Positions 60,176 through 64,000 of a stretch of 64,000 bases of DNA are shown here, piece by piece. A program made the position numbers and the translations under genes. The notes under the pieces were generated by a model, which was not told the origin of the DNA, made no database searches, and worked only from the letters and a program-made list of their open reading frames with translations. The stretch comes from Microgenomates group bacterium (GTDB lineage Bacteria > Patescibacteriota > Microgenomatia > PFEM01 > JBNASD01). Every line of letters starts with the position of its first letter. Position 1 is the stretch's first letter. The DNA lies in the NCBI GenBank assembly GCA_049720225.1, contig JBNASD010000001.1:100733-164732 (forward strand), written 5' to 3'.

Positions 60176-61285
60176 TTATTCTCCTCCTGGTTCTAATTTT
60201 AAACTTTTTATTTCTGGTAAAGTTTTTCCTATAATTCCTTGTAAATCCCCATATATTCCCGCCCAATTATCCAAAAATTTTCTTAATTGTTTTTCTTCTC
60301 TTGCCCATTTTGCTTGAAACCACCGCCGTTCCCTCTCTATTTCCTCCTGTAAACTAGAAAAACTCTCAATAATTGCTTCAATTCTTCCTCGAAATTCAGA
60401 ACTATTAATATAGCGATACAAAATTTCCGCTTTCTTTTCTCTTCCAATATTCATTAATCTTTCATTATTAATTCTTACCAAATCAAATCTTAATGCCCAA
60501 CCTAAAGGAATTACCATTTGCCGGTTAGTCACCCAAACTCCATCTTTGTATTGAAAACCATTATTTAACCATTCTGGGGGTCGAGCAACCACTAATACTG
60601 CTAATTCTGCTTTAATTCTTCTTTGGTCATCTTTTAACTTTTCAATCCAACCTTCTGACCAAACTGCATTTTTTGATTCCCAAAGAATAATCCCGCAATC
60701 CCTTCCCTTTTTATCTTTTACTTTTTGAATGACATCCGCTCCTCGTTGCCCTTTCTTAACTTCCTCAATTTCATCAATCGGAAATTCTTTTCTTAAAATT
60801 TCTTCTAATAAAAGCTCCATCGCCTCTCCTTGAAGTTGTTGAGAAGTTTTTTCCATTTTTGCCTTTAATTCTGCCAATTCTCTTTGCGCTTGTTTAAGCA
60901 TTTCCTCCTTTTCTTTGGCTTGTAATTCATATTCCGCCAAAACTTTTCTTCTTGTTTCCTCTTTAATTTTCTCTTCTTCCTCTAAAAGCTTTTTTCTCAA
61001 TTCCCATTCTTTTTCTTCTGATTTTCTTCTTAACTCTCTTACTTGCTCGCTTAATTCTTCCAATTGCTGAAGAAGTTTTCTGTTTCTTTCTTTTTCTTCT
61101 TCTGCTTCTTTTCTAAATTGCTCAACTAACCTTTGATATTCTTCTTTAATTTTTTCTTCCGCCCTTTTTCTTTCTTCTTCTTTAACCTCTTTTAAAATCT
61201 GCTCTTTTAATTGGTCCAAAAAAGCAGTTCCCGGATCAAAATATTCTCCACATTTTGGACAACGAATTTTCAGTTGATTATTCAT
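60176..61285 (-). CDS. DUF2130-family coiled-coil protein
   Basis: I.CPKCG start; SQQLQGE, FP.D.IEEVKKG..GAD, ILWESK, W..KLK.DQR. Confidence 0.85.
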   Translation of the reverse strand: MNNQLKIRCPKCGEYFDPGTAFLDQLKEQILKEVKEEERKRAEEKIKEEYQRLVEQFRKEAEEEKERNRKLLQQLEELSEQVRELRRKSEEKEWELRKKLLEEEEKIKEETRRKVLAEYELQAKEKEEMLKQAQRELAELKAKMEKTSQQLQGEAMELLLEEILRKEFPIDEIEEVKKGQRGADVIQKVKDKKGRDCGIILWESKNAVWSEGWIEKLKDDQRRIKAELAVLVVARPPEWLNNGFQYKDGVWVTNRQMVIPLGWALRFDLVRINNERLMNIGREKKAEILYRYINSSEFRGRIEAIIESFSSLQEEIERERRWFQAKWAREEKQLRKFLDNWAGIYGDLQGIIGKTLPEIKSLKLEPGGE

Positions 61286-61328
61286 CTTTAAAAAAATTTA
61301 ACAATTTAAAAAGAGTGATAATATTTTA

Positions 61329-63305
61329 TCACACCATAAATATTTTTATTATTTCTTCAGCAAATTTTTTCCATAAAAAATTTTTTACTTGTTGTTTTCC
61401 TTCAATAATAAGCTTTTGCCGAAATTTATTATCAAAAAAAACTTTTATCATCGCATTACTAATTTCTTTTTCATTTAAAGGATTAACTAAAATTCCCGCT
61501 TTTCCTACTATCTCTGGTTGACTTCCTGTATTTCCGGCAATTACCGGACACCCACAAGCCATTGCTTCAAGTAAGGTTAACCCAAATCCTTCATATAAAG
61601 AAGGAGAAACAAAAGCTAATGCCTCCTGATAAAGTTTAATTAATTTTTCTTTGGGAATATAGCCTAAAAATTTAACCTTTTTTTCTAAATTTAATTTTTT
61701 AATTGTCGGCTTAATTTCTTCATCTAACCACAAATCGCCTCCTACGAATAAAAAAGGAATATCTTTTCCTGTTTCTTTTAAAAACAAACTATAAGCTTTT
61801 AAAATTCGGGGGATATTTTTAATCGGTTTTAAAGCCCCAACAAAAAGAAAATAATTACCAAAAGATTTCTTTTTTGCTGGTTTAAATGATAAATCTACTC
61901 CTTCATAAACCACTTCAATTTTTTCTTCTGGGACTTTATAAAATTTAATTAAATCGTTTTTAGTCGCTTTAGAAACCGCAATAATTTTTTTTGCCTTTTT
62001 AACTGCTTCCTGGGTAATTCGTCTTAATTGAAAATAAGATTTTGGGTAACAGGCCGGATAATGTTCAAATGATAAATCATGAACTAAAACAAAACCAGGA
62101 CAAGGAAGAAATTTTGGCAAAGATTGACTTAAGCCTAAAAATAAATCTGGTTTATCTTTTAGTAATTTTAAAGGTAACCATAACCAATTCCAGCCCTTTT
62201 TTGGTTTAATGACAATATTTTTAAAATTCGAACCAAACTCTTTTAATATCTTTTTTTCAATCGGCAAAAAACTGTAAATTAAAAATTCTGTATTTTTTAA
62301 ATCTTCTAATTTTCCCCATTCTTTTAACAAATGATAAGCAACCTGATAAACTCCCACTTTAAGTCTTTCATCCTTTACCCCCAAACATCCACCATCAATT
62401 CCAATTCGTTTAATTTTCTTAACTAGTTTTCTTTTATTTATTAGTCCAATTTTTATTCCTTTTTTTATTCCTAAAAATGGCGTAATTATCGATTGCCAAC
62501 TCCTTTCTTTTCCCAACATACATCTTAAAAACCACTGCCATCTTATCAACCAAAAAATCGACCACCAATACCAACGAATATACTTCATTGCAAAATATGC
62601 CTCGCTTTTAAAAAATCCAAAATACCATTTTAACCTCCCTTCCGTCTTTCGAAACCCCCCACTTTCTGCTCGCAAATGAATCAATTGGGCTTTTGGTTCA
62701 AAAATAATTTTGTAACCTGCCTTAATGGTTCTTAAAGCTAAATCGGAATCTTCTCTAATTGGCCCACTAAAATTCTTGTCAAATCCGCCAATTTTTTCAA
62801 AAACCTCTCTTCGCCAGGAAGCGTTACAAGTAATGGCGTCAAAAACTTCCTGTTTAATTTTAGATGACCAACCCCCGGTAAAACTTCCCCAAGGAGTAAT
62901 TCGACCTACATTTTTTCTTTGTGGTTCTTCTTTTTGTCCTAGAGTAACTATTCTTCCCACCACCGCCCCTACTTTTTTATCTTGATAATTTTTTAAATGA
63001 TTAATAATTAAATCTTTATCCGCCTCTATGTCATCATCAACAAAAAGAAAAATTTTTCCTTTCGCTTTTCTCGCACCAAAATTGCGCGCCGCCGCCGCAT
63101 TAGGAGGAAGACCAGAAAAATAACAAATTTTTGAAGAATATTTTTTTAAAAACTTTTCTTTCTTGGGAAATTTTTTATCAGACTGATCAACTACAATAAT
63201 CTCAAAATTATCATAGCTTTGTTTAAATAAACTTTTTAAGGTTATCCTTAATGGCTCATCGCGATTATAAGTAGGAATAATTACTGAAACCATTATTTTT
63301 TTCAT
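61329..63305 (-). CDS. Bifunctional glycosyltransferase (GT2 + GT4)
   Basis: VSVIIPTYNR, FVDDD; C-terminal PSLYEGFGL..LEAMACG. Confidence 0.9.
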   Translation of the reverse strand: MKKIMVSVIIPTYNRDEPLRITLKSLFKQSYDNFEIIVVDQSDKKFPKKEKFLKKYSSKICYFSGLPPNAAAARNFGARKAKGKIFLFVDDDIEADKDLIINHLKNYQDKKVGAVVGRIVTLGQKEEPQRKNVGRITPWGSFTGGWSSKIKQEVFDAITCNASWRREVFEKIGGFDKNFSGPIREDSDLALRTIKAGYKIIFEPKAQLIHLRAESGGFRKTEGRLKWYFGFFKSEAYFAMKYIRWYWWSIFWLIRWQWFLRCMLGKERSWQSIITPFLGIKKGIKIGLINKRKLVKKIKRIGIDGGCLGVKDERLKVGVYQVAYHLLKEWGKLEDLKNTEFLIYSFLPIEKKILKEFGSNFKNIVIKPKKGWNWLWLPLKLLKDKPDLFLGLSQSLPKFLPCPGFVLVHDLSFEHYPACYPKSYFQLRRITQEAVKKAKKIIAVSKATKNDLIKFYKVPEEKIEVVYEGVDLSFKPAKKKSFGNYFLFVGALKPIKNIPRILKAYSLFLKETGKDIPFLFVGGDLWLDEEIKPTIKKLNLEKKVKFLGYIPKEKLIKLYQEALAFVSPSLYEGFGLTLLEAMACGCPVIAGNTGSQPEIVGKAGILVNPLNEKEISNAMIKVFFDNKFRQKLIIEGKQQVKNFLWKKFAEEIIKIFMV

Positions 63306-64000
63306 TCTTCTGCTACCTCTTTAAAAACTTGATACATCTGCTTTATCCACCTTTCTTCATTAAAATATTTTTTAACTCTTTCTTGAGCCGCTTTTCCCAT
63401 TGCTTTTCTTTTCTTTTCGTCTTTTAAAAGTCCAATAATTATGTTCGCTAATTCTTCTGGTGTTTCATCTTTAAATAAATATCCTGTCTTTCCATGAACC
63501 ACTAATTCCCTATTTCCTCCGATATCCCTTGCTACCACCGGAATTCCCATCGCCATTGCTTCAAGCAAAACCATAGAGATACCCCCTACTTTATTGGGAT
63601 AAAAAAGAATATCAAAAAATTTCAAAAATGGAAACGGATACTTTTGGTATCCTAATAAAATAAAAAATTCTTCTATCTTTTCTTTTCTAATTAAAATATT
63701 GAATTTATTAAATAATTCCCCTTCTCCGATCAGTAGAAATTTAATATTATTATATTTTTTAATTACTTCTTTAGATACATTTAAAAAGTCAATTATTCCC
63801 TTTCCAAAAGAAAAATCACCTAAATAACCAACTGTTAATTTATGATTGATAATTTTATTTAACCTACTTATTATATTTTGAATTTTTTTGCTTTTTAAAA
63901 CAATTTTTTTGATATCGTAATCAGAGATTTTTATTCCAGTGTGAACACAAATTAATTTTTCTTTTTTAATTTTATTTTTAATAGCATTCTGTTTAACATT
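63302..64000 (-). CDS. Glycosyltransferase family 4 (5' part outside the window)
   Basis: Frame is open to the window edge; VGYLG...KG; LLEAMAMGIPVV. Confidence 0.88.
   Translation of the reverse strand, partial: NVKQNAIKNKIKKEKLICVHTGIKISDYDIKKIVLKSKKIQNIISRLNKIINHKLTVGYLGDFSFGKGIIDFLNVSKEVIKKYNNIKFLLIGEGELFNKFNILIRKEKIEEFFILLGYQKYPFPFLKFFDILFYPNKVGGISMVLLEAMAMGIPVVARDIGGNRELVVHGKTGYLFKDETPEELANIIIGLLKDEKKRKAMGKAAQERVKKYFNEERWIKQMYQVFKEVAEE

Overview
AT-rich, gene-dense chromosomal window. Gene content suggests a Patescibacteria/CPR (Microgenomates-like) bacterium; this assignment is inferred, and the standard genetic code is used. Core content: 16 tRNA genes, secG, lexA, rsmI, acsA-gpmI-eno-ppsA, a holA-like gene, ruvC, rplS, pyrG, dnaE, gatCAB, htpX, lemA, polX, thiI, several surface proteins (LamG/Ig/FN3, cohesin, dockerin-peptidase, LysM, GH-A), glycosyltransferases, and a type III restriction-modification locus with an OLD-family ATPase-TOPRIM nuclease gene (broken by an A9 tract) between mod and res. 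The most unusual signal is at about 22.5-29.0 kb. Six small transcription units with orphan, more GC-rich ORFs are scattered among core genes and mostly share one architecture: a CCTATAA-type motif, a near-consensus sigma70 promoter, an rrn boxA-like motif, a very strong Shine-Dalgarno site, one or two small orphan ORFs, and a 75-110 nt interrupted hairpin from a related sequence family ending in a U-tract. Other oddities: a tRNA-Lys 5'-half look-alike in front of the real tRNA-Lys, in-frame 7-8-mer microsatellite insertions in enzymes, and four single-base homopolymer frameshifts (phase variation or assembly error). All calls come from reading the sequence; no searches or folding programs were run.
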